From positions 2,028,048-2,092,047 of the forward strand of contig OZ241894.1 in assembly GCA_965203575.1 (NCBI GenBank): 64,000 nt of DNA. Direction: 5' to 3'. Shown piece after piece: positions 47,450 through 56,440 of the stretch (positions within the stretch are counted from its first letter, which is position 1; every line of letters starts with the position of its first letter). The position numbers and the translations under genes were made by a program. Source of the stretch: Candidatus Aldehydirespirator sp. Its GTDB lineage: Bacteria; Actinomycetota; Acidimicrobiia; Acidimicrobiales; Aldehydirespiratoraceae. A model generated the notes under the pieces. It was not told the DNA's origin and did not search any database. It was given only the letters and a program-made list of their open reading frames with translations.

Positions 47450-48375
47450 TGGACGACCCTACGGACACCCCCGTGGCTGACACGTCCGCGGCCGACACCG
47501 GTGCGACCGGCGGGTCGGAGACCGCACCCGGCCGGCTCCGGAGGCTGGCGCGTCTCACCCGCGAGCGCCCCGTGTTCGTGGTGCTTCTGGGTGTGCTGAT
47601 CCTGCACTTCTTCACCGCCATCACCGGACCGTGGTGGGCGCCGTACACCCACGACACGATGCTCGTCGGCGAGCCGTTCACCGGCCCGTCGTGGGACCAC
47701 CTCTTCGGCACCGACAACTTCGGGCGCGACGTGTTCAGCCGGGTGGTCCGGGGCGAGCGGATCGTGCTGATCCAGGGGCTGTCGGCATCGGGCCTGGCCA
47801 TCATCTCCGGCTCCACCATCGGCATCCTGCTGGCCTACAAGCGGGGCTGGGTCGACGAGGTCGGCATGCGCGGCGTCGACATCATGCTGGCCCTGCCGGG
47901 GCTGATCCTCACCCTGCTGATCCTGGGCTCCATCGAGACCAACAACCTGGTGATCATCATCACCGTCGCCTTCTTCTTCACCTGGCCGGTGACCCTCACG
48001 GTGCGGGCCGCGGCCCTGGGCGTGGTCACCGAGGACTTCGTGACCAAGGCCAAGCTGCGAGGGGAGTCGGCCTTCTCGATCGCCCGGCGCGAGATCCTGC
48101 CCAACGTGCTGGGCAACGTGCTTGTGGAGTTCTCGCTGCGCACCGGCTACGCGGTGTTCTTCATCGGCGCGCTGAGCTTCCTGGGCTTCGCGGCCGCGCC
48201 GCCGTCGCCCGAGTGGGGGCTGATGATCAACGAGGGCCGCAAGTTCCTCAGCGCCTCCAAGTGGATGGTGCTGGGCCCGGCCGGGGCGCTGGCCTCGCTG
48301 GTGGTGGCGCTGAGCCTTGTCACCGAGGAGGTCGCCGACATCCTCGGCGTGTCCACCCGCCGGAGTTCCGACTGA
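47449..48375 (+). CDS. ABC transporter permease (DppC-like)
   Basis: ATG overlaps the upstream TGA (ctgATGg). WDHLFGTDNFGRDVFSRVV is the DppC signature. Confidence 0.8.
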   Translation: MDDPTDTPVADTSAADTGATGGSETAPGRLRRLARLTRERPVFVVLLGVLILHFFTAITGPWWAPYTHDTMLVGEPFTGPSWDHLFGTDNFGRDVFSRVVRGERIVLIQGLSASGLAIISGSTIGILLAYKRGWVDEVGMRGVDIMLALPGLILTLLILGSIETNNLVIIITVAFFFTWPVTLTVRAAALGVVTEDFVTKAKLRGESAFSIARREILPNVLGNVLVEFSLRTGYAVFFIGALSFLGFAAAPPSPEWGLMINEGRKFLSASKWMVLGPAGALASLVVALSLVTEEVADILGVSTRRSSD

Positions 48376-49436
48376 TGGCCGCCGGCACTATGACTCCGGC
48401 GACTCCGGCAGCTGCCGGCGACGCGGCCACCGGCGGCCCTTCCACCAACGGCCGCGAGCCGCTGGTGCGGGTCGACGATCTCACCGTCGACTACCGCAAC
48501 GACGACCAGTGGGTGAGCGTGGTCAAGAACGTGTCCTTCGAGATCGGGCGGGGCGAGACGCTGGGCCTGGCCGGCGAGTCGGGCTGCGGCAAGACCACCA
48601 CCGCGCTGGCCATGTTCGGCTACCACAAGCCCGGCAGCCGGGTGGCCGGGGGCCGGGTCACCTTCGACGGCCGGGACCTGCTGGGCCTGTCCGACCGCCA
48701 GATGCAGCCCATCCGGGGGTCCCGGATCTCGCTGGTGCCCCAGAACCCGGCCAGCACCCTGACGCCGTCGATGAAGGTCGGACGCCAGGTGGTCGAGACG
48801 CTGGAGGCCCACGGCGTCAGCTCGGGAAGCGACGCCATGGAGCGCACCGTCGAGATCTTCGGTCAGGTGGGGCTGCCCGAGCCGGCCAAGATCGCCCGCC
48901 GCTACCCGCACCAACTCAGCGGCGGCCAGCAGCAGCGGGTGGTGATCGCCATCGCCATCGTCTGCCGGCCCGACCTGATCGTGCTGGACGAGCCCACCAC
49001 CGCGCTGGACGTCACCACCCAGGCCCGGCTGCTCGAACTGCTGACCCAGATCAAGGGCGACAGCGGCATGAGCGCCCTGTACGTCAGCCACAACCTGGGC
49101 GTGCTGGAGCAGATCTGCGACCGGGTGGCGGTGATGTACGCCGGCGAGCTCATCGAGATCGCCCCCACCGCCGAGCTGTTCAACCAGCCCCGCCACCCCT
49201 ACACCCGCGGCCTGATCGCGGCCGTGCCCCGGGTGGAGGCCGAACACGCCGGCACCGAGAAGCTGCGGGGCCTGCTGCGCCGCGACGACCTGCCCGACGG
49301 GTGCGGCTTCGCGCCCCGGTGCCCCTACTCGCGGCCGCAGTGCTTCACCGACCCGCAGCGGCTGGACGAGATCGAGCCGTCGCACCAGGTGGCCTGCTGG
49401 CGGGCCCCCGAAATCGAAGCCGAGGCCACGCCATGA
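48375..49436 (+). CDS. ABC transporter ATP-binding protein (DppD-like)
   Basis: Walker A GESGCGKTT, signature LSGGQQQRV, and oligopeptide-type C-terminal PRHPYTRGL. Confidence 0.85.
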   Translation: MAAGTMTPATPAAAGDAATGGPSTNGREPLVRVDDLTVDYRNDDQWVSVVKNVSFEIGRGETLGLAGESGCGKTTTALAMFGYHKPGSRVAGGRVTFDGRDLLGLSDRQMQPIRGSRISLVPQNPASTLTPSMKVGRQVVETLEAHGVSSGSDAMERTVEIFGQVGLPEPAKIARRYPHQLSGGQQQRVVIAIAIVCRPDLIVLDEPTTALDVTTQARLLELLTQIKGDSGMSALYVSHNLGVLEQICDRVAVMYAGELIEIAPTAELFNQPRHPYTRGLIAAVPRVEAEHAGTEKLRGLLRRDDLPDGCGFAPRCPYSRPQCFTDPQRLDEIEPSHQVACWRAPEIEAEATP

Positions 49437-49527
49437 CCCGAACTTCCGGTGGAAAGGTGCGATATATGCCCTCCAGCGCCGGAATTTCGGCGAGGGGCGG
49501 GGTTGTCGCGCCGGGGGACGGCCGGCC

Positions 49528-50583
49528 ATGACGCCGCTGCTCGAAGTCACCGACGTCCAGATCTCCTACCGGCCCCGCCGCGGGTTGGTGTCCCGGCTGG
49601 TGCGGGCCCTGCGGTCCGACACCACCGAGCCGGTGCCGGCGGTGCGGGACGCCTCGTTCACCATCAACCCCGGCGAGACGGTGGCGCTGGTGGGCGAGAG
49701 CGGCAGCGGCAAGACCACGCTGGCCCGCTCCATCGCCGGGCTGATCCAGCCCCAGCGGGGGAGTCTGCGCTTCGACGGCAACGACATCACCCGGCCCGTG
49801 CACCGCCGGCCGGCCGAGCTGCTGCGCCACATCCAGTACGTGTTCCAGAACCCGGCGTCGTCGTTGAACCCCCGCCGCAAGGTCCGCTACAGCCTGGGCC
49901 GCACCCTCGACGTGTTCTTCAAGCTGTCGGGGGCCGAGCGGCGCGACCGCATGGCCGAGTTGCTGGCCAGCGTCCACCTCGACCCCGGCTACATCGACCG
50001 CTACCCGCCCCAGCTCAGCGGGGGCGAGGCCCAGCGGGTGGCCATCGCCCAGGCCCTGGCCGCCGAGCCCAAGCTGATCCTGTGCGACGAGGTCCTCTCC
50101 GCGCTGGACGTGTCGGTGCAGGACAACATCCTCGAGTTGCTGCGGGAGCTGCAGGCCAGCAGGGATGTGGCCTACCTGTTCATCGCCCACGACCTGGCCG
50201 TGGTGCGGTGGCTGGCCGACCGGGTGGTGGTGCTGTACCACGGCCGCATCGTCGAGCAGGGCACCGTCGAGGAGATCTTCACCCCGCCCCACCACCCCTA
50301 CACCGCCCTGCTGCTCGACTCGATCCCCGGCAAGGGCGAGCACCAGACCTCCGCGCAGGCCGAGGACGCCTCGACGGTGGGCACCGCCCCCGACGCCGGC
50401 TGCGCCTTCGAGCCCCGCTGCCAGCACCGCATCGCCGGGGTGTGCGAGGTCGACGACCCGCCCCGCCTCCACGACAGCCCGACCCACGATGTGCTATGCC
50501 ACCTGAGCGCCCAGCAGCGGTCGTCGCTGCAGATCACCACCGCCACGTCCGCCGCGGTTGGCGCATCCTCCGAGGAGACCTGA
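49528..50583 (+). CDS. ABC transporter ATP-binding protein (DppF-like)
   Basis: Walker A GESGSGKTT, signature LSGGEAQRV, and PHHPYTALL. Confidence 0.85.
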   Translation: MTPLLEVTDVQISYRPRRGLVSRLVRALRSDTTEPVPAVRDASFTINPGETVALVGESGSGKTTLARSIAGLIQPQRGSLRFDGNDITRPVHRRPAELLRHIQYVFQNPASSLNPRRKVRYSLGRTLDVFFKLSGAERRDRMAELLASVHLDPGYIDRYPPQLSGGEAQRVAIAQALAAEPKLILCDEVLSALDVSVQDNILELLRELQASRDVAYLFIAHDLAVVRWLADRVVVLYHGRIVEQGTVEEIFTPPHHPYTALLLDSIPGKGEHQTSAQAEDASTVGTAPDAGCAFEPRCQHRIAGVCEVDDPPRLHDSPTHDVLCHLSAQQRSSLQITTATSAAVGASSEET

Positions 50584-50665
50584 TGACTCACGCTGTGGAA
50601 CCCAAGCCGCCCGAGGAGACCTGATGGCCCACGCCGCCGATCCCAAGCCGCCCGAGGAGACGACA
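50569..50665 (+). repeat. 42-bp tandem duplication (about 2.5 copies) of the gene junction (stop of the ABC ATPase, RBS, next start)
   Basis: ccgaggagacctgatg.c.cacgc.g..ga.cccaagccgc occurs twice, then ccgaggagacgacatgacc. It creates two mini-ORFs, MTHAVEPKPPEET* and MAHAADPKPPEETT*. Confidence 0.8.
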
Positions 50666-51621
50666 TGACCGATACCGCCGAACTCCGTGACCGCCTCCAG
50701 GGCTGCTACGTGACCGTGCCCACCATGTTCCGGGACGACGACGAGCTGTCGGTCGACCTCGACGCCATGCGCAAGCACGTGAGCTTCCTGATCGACGGCG
50801 GGATCACCACCGGCAACGGCGTGCTGCTGGCCTGCGGCGCGGCCGGGGACTTCTCCACCATGACGTTCGACGAGCGGGTGGCGGTGACCGCCGCGGTGGT
50901 GGAGGAGGCCGCCGGGCGGGTCCCGGTGGTGATGGGCGGTCAGACCACCAGCACCAACGAGCTCGTGCGGCTGGCCCGGGCCGCGGCCGACATCGGCGCC
51001 GAGTACATGCAGGTGTCGCCGCCGTTCTACTTCGCCCACACCGACGACGACTTCATGGAGCACGTGGCCGCGGCCGCGGCCGCCTCCGACGTGGGCATGG
51101 TGGTCTACAACACCCACTGGACCAGCCTGGAGATCTCCAACACCCTGATCGACCGCCTGGCCGGCCTGGGCACGGTAGTGGGGCTGAAGTGGTCGATGCC
51201 CGACAACGGGTTCATGGAGTTCGAGGGGGTGGTGGCCGACTACTCCGACCGGTTCACCATCATCGACAACCAGTTGCGGTTCCCGACCAGCCACATGCTC
51301 GGCGCCCGGGGGATCGAAGTCCACATCTGCAACTTCTGGCCCCAGTGGGGGGTGCGGATGTGGGGCATGCTCAACGAGGGCCGCTACGTCGAGGCCCAGC
51401 ACGAGTTGGTGAAGGTGGTGCTGCCGTTCATGCGGCTGTGGACCGAGATGGAGGGCTACACCAGCGGCGACGGCCACCTCGACAAGCTGTGCATGGAGTT
51501 GGTGGGCCTGCCGTCGAGCCGCAGCCGCCCCCCGACCCGCGACATCCGCGACCTCTACCGCGAGCAGGCCCGGGCCATGCTGCAGTCCATAGGCACCCCC
51601 AACGTCCTAACCCCCGACTGA
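50665..51621 (+). CDS. DapA/N-acetylneuraminate-lyase-family enzyme (class I aldolase/dehydratase)
   Basis: VTVPTMFRDDDELSVDLDAMRKHVSFLIDGGITTGNGVLLACGAAGDFSTMTFDER is the typical DHDPS-family N-terminus. Confidence 0.75.
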   Translation: MTDTAELRDRLQGCYVTVPTMFRDDDELSVDLDAMRKHVSFLIDGGITTGNGVLLACGAAGDFSTMTFDERVAVTAAVVEEAAGRVPVVMGGQTTSTNELVRLARAAADIGAEYMQVSPPFYFAHTDDDFMEHVAAAAAASDVGMVVYNTHWTSLEISNTLIDRLAGLGTVVGLKWSMPDNGFMEFEGVVADYSDRFTIIDNQLRFPTSHMLGARGIEVHICNFWPQWGVRMWGMLNEGRYVEAQHELVKVVLPFMRLWTEMEGYTSGDGHLDKLCMELVGLPSSRSRPPTRDIRDLYREQARAMLQSIGTPNVLTPD

Positions 51622-51641
51622 CCGCCCCCCCCGGCCCGCCC

Positions 51642-51785
51642 CCAGTTCTCGGGTTGGTCTTGGGTCGTGGGTACACAGGATTCGCCCCAAGATTTGGTGC
51701 CCGCCCCGCCCCGGTATCTCGGGTTGATTGTGTGGAGCAGGTCCACAGAACTCGCCCCAAGATTTCTGCGCCCGGCCCGGTCGGC
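51642..51785 (+). repeat. Copies E1 and E2 (tandem) of the dispersed intergenic repeat family
   Basis: ccagttctcgggttggtcttgggtcgtgggtacacaggattcgccccaagatttggtgcccgcc, then ggtatctcgggttgattgtgtggagcaggtccacagaactcgccccaagatttctgcgcccgg. Confidence 0.75.
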
Positions 51786-51789
51786 CGCG

Positions 51790-52623
51790 TCAGCAGGGCA
51801 GCGGGACTACGTGGTGGCGGCCGGTGTAGTCGGCGCCACGCAGGACCCCCATCTGGCGGGGCTCGTCAGGGGCGTGGCGGGCCCGGTCGAGGCCTGCGTA
51901 TAACGGATTGCCGGTCACCCGCACGAACGGCACGGTGACTCGCGGCGACAGTCCGATGCGTGGCTGGGCCGTGCGGTTGGGGCCCGACCCGTGCAGCGCG
52001 TTCTCGCTGAACAGCACGAATTCCCCCGGCTCCAACTCGAAGGCCCGGATGTCGTCGGGATCGATGGCGTCGGTCCGCACGGCCTGATGGAACGAGTGGC
52101 GGGTGCCGTCCACGTCGTGGTCGAACGTGCTGGTGTGCGAGCCCCGGACCACCTGGAGGCAGCCGTTGTCGAGGGTCGCCTCGGTGATGGCGATCCAGGC
52201 CGACACCCAGACCACCGGCAGCAGATCGAAGTAGGCGCCGTCCTGGTGCCAGGGAACCTCGGTGTAGCGCTCCTCATCGCCGGTGGCCTCGGCCAGCGGC
52301 TGCTTGATCTGGAAGTTGCTGCGCCAGATCAACAGGTCGGGGCCGATCAGCGACGCGATCCGGTCCACCAACTCCGGTCCCCGGCACAGCCGGCAGACCG
52401 TCTCATGGTCGAGATGGCGGTCGTGATAGTCCACATGAGGATCATCCAGTTGCGCGCCGGGAACGATGATCTCGTCCACGATCCGCGCCCGCATCTCCGC
52501 CATCACCTCAGGCGCCACCAACCGGAAAGGCCCGACCACCCCATCACGGTGATAAGCCTCAACCTCGCCCGCATCCAACGGAAACCGCAGCTCAGCCTCC
52601 AGCGCCACACCGCCCACAGCCAA
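51790..52623 (-). CDS. Phytanoyl-CoA dioxygenase (PhyH) family Fe(II)/2OG oxygenase
   Basis: YHRDGVVGPF; VPWHQDGAYF; and ALHGSGPN. Confidence 0.75.
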   Translation of the reverse strand: MAVGGVALEAELRFPLDAGEVEAYHRDGVVGPFRLVAPEVMAEMRARIVDEIIVPGAQLDDPHVDYHDRHLDHETVCRLCRGPELVDRIASLIGPDLLIWRSNFQIKQPLAEATGDEERYTEVPWHQDGAYFDLLPVVWVSAWIAITEATLDNGCLQVVRGSHTSTFDHDVDGTRHSFHQAVRTDAIDPDDIRAFELEPGEFVLFSENALHGSGPNRTAQPRIGLSPRVTVPFVRVTGNPLYAGLDRARHAPDEPRQMGVLRGADYTGRHHVVPLPC

Positions 52624-52698
52624 ACCCTAGTAAGGCCGTGTCCAGCCAGCGGTAGCTGGATCGGTGATGTAGTCACCAATTGATGATAGTGTGACTAC

Positions 52699-52953
52699 AT
52701 GACTGTCGGAATTCGGGAACTGAAGGCCAAGCTGTCCGAGTTCGTAGGCCGGGCTGCGAACGGGGAGCAGATTGTGGTCACCGATCGGGGCAAGCCGGTG
52801 GCCCGGCTGGTCGGCCTCGAGGGCGCGTCAATGATCGAGCGGGGTATCGAGGAGGGCTGGATCACGCCGGCGTCCCGGACCCACCTGGGGCCGGCCAAGC
52901 GTGTCTCCGCACCGCGAAGCACGGCCGACGTTCTCGACGAGGACCGCGGATGA
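52699..52953 (+). CDS. Phd/YefM-type antitoxin
   Basis: MTVGIRELKAKLSEFVGRAANGEQIVVTDRGKPVARLV. Confidence 0.8.
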   Translation: MTVGIRELKAKLSEFVGRAANGEQIVVTDRGKPVARLVGLEGASMIERGIEEGWITPASRTHLGPAKRVSAPRSTADVLDEDRG

Positions 52954-53351
52954 CCCTGTATGTGGACACCAGCGCTCTCATCAAGCGCTACATCGCCGAG
53001 CGGGACTCCGATGTGGCCGAGAAGCTCATGGCCACCGATCCCGTGCTAGTGACGTCGTGGCTCACCGAGGTGGAGTTGCGCCGCAACCTGACTCGGCTAC
53101 TGGAGGGCGACGAACTGCTCACCGCCCGCCGGCAGGTGCAGGCCGACCTGGACGCATTCGCGCTGGTGAACCTCGACGGGGTGACATGCAACGATGCGGC
53201 CCGCGTAGCCGAGCAGACGCTCTGCCGTTCCCTCGACGCGTTACACGTGGCCGCGGCCCGGCGAGCCGGTGAGTCGACCACGTTCCTCACCTTCGATGTG
53301 CGCCAAGCCCAAGCCGCCCGCTCAGCTGGCCTCACCGTCATAGGAACGTGA
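52950..53351 (+). CDS. vapC: VapC PIN-domain toxin
   Basis: MTLYVDTSALIKRYIAE...TEVELRRNL...DALHVAAARRAG. There is a 4-nt overlap with the antitoxin. Confidence 0.8.
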   Translation: MTLYVDTSALIKRYIAERDSDVAEKLMATDPVLVTSWLTEVELRRNLTRLLEGDELLTARRQVQADLDAFALVNLDGVTCNDAARVAEQTLCRSLDALHVAAARRAGESTTFLTFDVRQAQAARSAGLTVIGT

Positions 53352-53383
53352 CGGCCCCGCGCCCCGCCACCGGGCTCTCGGGG

Positions 53384-53749
53384 TCAGGTGCCGAGTTCGA
53401 GCACGAGCCTCAGGCCGGACTCGACGCGACGCATCGTGGGCATGTCCACCGCCCCGACCTGATCAGAAATCAGAGCCTTGTCGAGGGTGACAATCTGCGA
53501 CACGTTCGCGACCGAGTCGCGGCTCAACCCCGAGGCGCCGGCCGGGAGCTCCACATTCCCAGGCGCAGCCGCTAGCTCAAGGTTGGACGAGATTGCCACC
53601 GCGACCACGGTGTTGATGCCGCTGCGATTGAAGGAGTCCGCGGATACCACCAGCACCGGACGCCGATAGCCGGGCTCGGACCCTGCGGGTTCACGCAGGT
53701 CGGCCCAGTAGATCTCACCGCGTTGCGGCGCTCCCGGGCCTGTCACCAT
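53384..53749 (-). CDS. mazF: MazF/PemK-family toxin
   Basis: RGEIYWADLREPAGSEPGYRRPVLVVSADSFNRSGINTVVAVAISSN. Confidence 0.85.
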   Translation of the reverse strand: MVTGPGAPQRGEIYWADLREPAGSEPGYRRPVLVVSADSFNRSGINTVVAVAISSNLELAAAPGNVELPAGASGLSRDSVANVSQIVTLDKALISDQVGAVDMPTMRRVESGLRLVLELGT

Positions 53750-53976
53750 TCCTCGCGGACGGCATCGGCCTGAGCCTGGGCCAGGCCGGCATCGAGCCGC
53801 GAGTCGCGGCCGCGGTACACCGCGTCGAGCCGCCGGGTTATCTCGCTGTCGTCCTGGCAGCCGACGAGCATTTCCAGCGCCTCGGCGTAGAGCTGCGACC
53901 GCGACAGCTTGCGCCGCCGGGCAAGGCGTTCGGCCTCAGTGAACAGCGGGTCGGGAATGGAGACAGCAACCTTCAT
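53743..53976 (-). CDS. RHH/CopG-type antitoxin of MazF
   Basis: MKVAVSIPDPLFTEAERLARRRKLSRSQLYAEALEMLV. There is a 7-nt overlap with mazF. Confidence 0.75.
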   Translation of the reverse strand: MKVAVSIPDPLFTEAERLARRRKLSRSQLYAEALEMLVGCQDDSEITRRLDAVYRGRDSRLDAGLAQAQADAVREEW

Positions 53977-54004
53977 GCCGCCATCATACCGGGTATGACC
54001 CGCC

Positions 54005-54078
54005 TTGCTCAGCGAGCACGGCGCCATGCTCGACGATGTCGAGTCGTTCGTGTGGTGGCTCGACCGGGCCGACCCCTA
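54005..54078 (+). pseudogene. 3' remnant of a DUF5615-family toxin gene
   Basis: ...LSEHGAMLDDVESFVWWLDRADP* versus LSEHSAILDDVESFVWWLERPDR* of 39841..40221. The two align well at the nucleotide level. Confidence 0.7.
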
Positions 54079-54112
54079 GGTGACTTGGAGCGTGCGCGGG
54101 TAGGCGCAAACC

Positions 54113-54223
54113 CGTCGCGTTGCTAGGGGGTGTCTCCCGCTCTTGTTCGCCGCGCTCACGGGCCGCTCGGGCCACGGCCTCGCCCGTATGGGCCGTATTC
54201 GCTCGCCTACCCGCTCGGCCTCT
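54113..54223 (+). repeat. Copy 2 of the R element
   Basis: See 39256-39365. It abuts the stop of the 54236 gene. Confidence 0.8.
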
Positions 54224-54235
54224 TAGCGCTCGCGG

Positions 54236-55345
54236 CTAGTGGTTGAGCCCTGAGAGGCTGACGGCGGTGTTGTTGTCGATCCAGTTCCAGTCGAGCTCCA
54301 CGCCGAGGCCTGGGCCGGTGGGCAGGTGCAAGCAGCCGTTGGCGTCGATGTCGAGGGGAGCGCCCTTGAGGGCGAAGCGGAACATGGGGTGGTGCAGCTC
54401 GAAGAACTCGCAGTTGCGCACCGAGCAGGCCACGTGCAGGTTGGCGATGTCGAGCAGCGACGAGTGCAAGGCATGGATTTCCAGGTTCATGCCGGCCTCC
54501 GCACACATGGCCGACGCCTTGCGCAGGCCGGTGATGCCGGCCTTGATGAACACGTCGCCCCGGGCCATGTCCACCGCACGCCGCTCCAGGAACTGGGGCA
54601 GCTCCCCCAGGCTAACCGTCTCGGTGGCCAGGATGGGGACTTCCAGCCGCCGGGTCAGCTGCTCTAGCGTCGCGATGTCGCGGTCCGGGACGGGCTCCTC
54701 GAACCATCGGTAGCCGAGGCGCCCCAGCGCCTCGCCCACCTCGATGGCCTGCTCGAAGCTGTACTCGGCTACCGCGTCCAGCATCAGCGGGAAGTCGTCG
54801 CCCACCGCCTCCCGGGCGGCCTCGGCCCGACCGATGTCGGCGGCCGGGCCGTCGTACAGGGTCAGCTTGTAGCCCCGGTAGCCCTGCTGCTTCATGGACG
54901 CCGCCTCGGCGAAGGTGTCGGCGGGGGTCAGGTTCCAGTGCGAGCCGGTGCGGTAGGCGGGCACCTCCGTGCGGGACACCCCCAGCAGCTCGGCGATCGG
55001 CACCCCGGCGGCCTTGCCCTTGATGTCCCAGAAGGCCACGTCGAGCATGCCCAGCAGGCCGTCGCTGATGGGGTAGAGGTGGCGGTTGAGGCTCATGAGC
55101 TCGCGCCACAGGTCCTCGTGGCGCCGCGGGTCCTTGCCCAGGATGGCCCTCAGGTAGACATCGTGGAGCTGGTGGGCCGAGCCGATCCCCTCGCCGTTGG
55201 CGCCGTAGCCCATCGTGTAGCCGTCGATCCCCTCATCGGTGGTGACGCAGGTGAGCGGGAAGTGCCAGACGGGCGGCACATCGTCGGGTATGGGGCTGTC
55301 GCCGTACCAGGGCTGCGCGTCCAGCGCCAGCACCCGGGTCACCAT
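54236..55345 (-). CDS. Enolase-superfamily enzyme (mandelate racemase/muconate lactonizing family, likely acid-sugar dehydratase)
   Basis: LDVAFWDIKGKAAGVPIAELLG; FPLMLDAV...; EEP; plus the acid/base region. The start was chosen at MVTRVL. Confidence 0.8.
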   Translation of the reverse strand: MVTRVLALDAQPWYGDSPIPDDVPPVWHFPLTCVTTDEGIDGYTMGYGANGEGIGSAHQLHDVYLRAILGKDPRRHEDLWRELMSLNRHLYPISDGLLGMLDVAFWDIKGKAAGVPIAELLGVSRTEVPAYRTGSHWNLTPADTFAEAASMKQQGYRGYKLTLYDGPAADIGRAEAAREAVGDDFPLMLDAVAEYSFEQAIEVGEALGRLGYRWFEEPVPDRDIATLEQLTRRLEVPILATETVSLGELPQFLERRAVDMARGDVFIKAGITGLRKASAMCAEAGMNLEIHALHSSLLDIANLHVACSVRNCEFFELHHPMFRFALKGAPLDIDANGCLHLPTGPGLGVELDWNWIDNNTAVSLSGLNH

Positions 55346-55356
55346 CCCGGTGATCC

Positions 55357-56316
55357 TCACGACGTGGCCCCCGACAGGTCGATCACGTTGGGCGGCGGCT
55401 CGCCCGCTACATAGGCGGCCAGATTGGTTGCGAACACCGCGCACAGCTCGTCGGCGTAGTCCCAGGTGTAGCCGGCCATGTGCGGAGTCACGATGACATT
55501 CTCCATTGCCCATAGCGGGCTGTCATCCGGCAGCGGCTCGGTGGCGAACACGTCGAGCCCCGCCCCGGTCAGGCTCCCATTGCTCAGCCGCTCGATGAGG
55601 GCCTCCTCGTCGACCGACGGCCCCCGGCCCACGTTGTAGAAGTAGGCGCCCGGCTTCATGGCCGAGAGAACCTCTCGGCTGATCAGACCCCGGGTGGCTG
55701 CCCCGCCCGGCAGCGCCCCCACTACATGATCGGCGCCGGCCACCGCGGCGGCCAGATCCTTAGGCCCGAACACGGCCGACACGTTCGGGGCGGGCCGCTC
55801 CGGATGCCGACGCACCCCCACCACGTCCATGCCGAGCGCCGAGCACCGCCGGGCGATGGCCGAGCCCAGGGTGCCCAGCCCGATCACGCAGGCCGTCGCG
55901 CCCGTCAGGCGGCGGTGCAAGTGCAGGTGGTCCCAACTGCGCTGCGGCATGGCCGCGAGGTACTCGGGCAGGCGGCGCACCAGGGCCAACATCATGGCCA
56001 CGCAGTGCTCGGCCACGCCCTCGGAGTAGGCCCCGCCCGCGTTGCACACCACCAGCCCCTCCTTGGCGGCCAGCTCCGGGGTCAAGTACTCCTCGTAGCC
56101 CGCGCTGGGCAGCAGCAGCAGCCGCAGCGGGCTCGCGGCCAGCAGGTCCGGCTCAGGCCAGCCGACCATGACTTCGGCCTCGGCCATCGCCCGCCGGTAG
56201 TCGTCGGCGACGGCGTCCTGGCCCAGCCGGTCACAGACCGCCCGACCCCCGGCAGCCTCACGCAGCGCTTGGATGTGGCCGTCGCCGAAGGCGTCGACGG
56301 CGACGAGCAGCCTCAA
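55357..56316 (-). CDS. D-isomer-specific 2-hydroxyacid dehydrogenase family
   Basis: NAD-binding VIGLGTLGSAIARRCSALGMDVVGVRR, and C-terminal GAGLDVFATEPLP...NVIVTPHMAG. Confidence 0.85.
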   Translation of the reverse strand: MRLLVAVDAFGDGHIQALREAAGGRAVCDRLGQDAVADDYRRAMAEAEVMVGWPEPDLLAASPLRLLLLPSAGYEEYLTPELAAKEGLVVCNAGGAYSEGVAEHCVAMMLALVRRLPEYLAAMPQRSWDHLHLHRRLTGATACVIGLGTLGSAIARRCSALGMDVVGVRRHPERPAPNVSAVFGPKDLAAAVAGADHVVGALPGGAATRGLISREVLSAMKPGAYFYNVGRGPSVDEEALIERLSNGSLTGAGLDVFATEPLPDDSPLWAMENVIVTPHMAGYTWDYADELCAVFATNLAAYVAGEPPPNVIDLSGATS

Positions 56317-56342
56317 CTCCGACGATGAGGACAGGGCGAGAA

Positions 56343-56440
56343 CCTCAGTCGAGCCGGATCGGGGTCGAGCGGCGCAACGGACTCAGTCGAGCCGGATCGG
56401 GGTTGAGCCGCGCAACGGACTCAGTCGAGCCGGAAGCGGG
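56343..56440 (-). repeat. 38-39-bp tandem repeat: two extra copies of the 3' end plus stop of the BNR-repeat gene
   Basis: ctcagtcgagccggatcggggt.gagc.gcgcaacgga occurs twice, then ctcagtcgagccggaagcggg (the real end, ..ARFRLD*). Confidence 0.85.

Noticed and set aside
51642-51785. Assigning the E repeats to a known riboswitch or sRNA family
   Set aside because: I cannot match the sequence or structure to any family I know. The copies occur in both orientations relative to neighbouring genes. That argues for a REP/MITE-like repeat rather than a cis-regulatory leader. This needs an Rfam scan.
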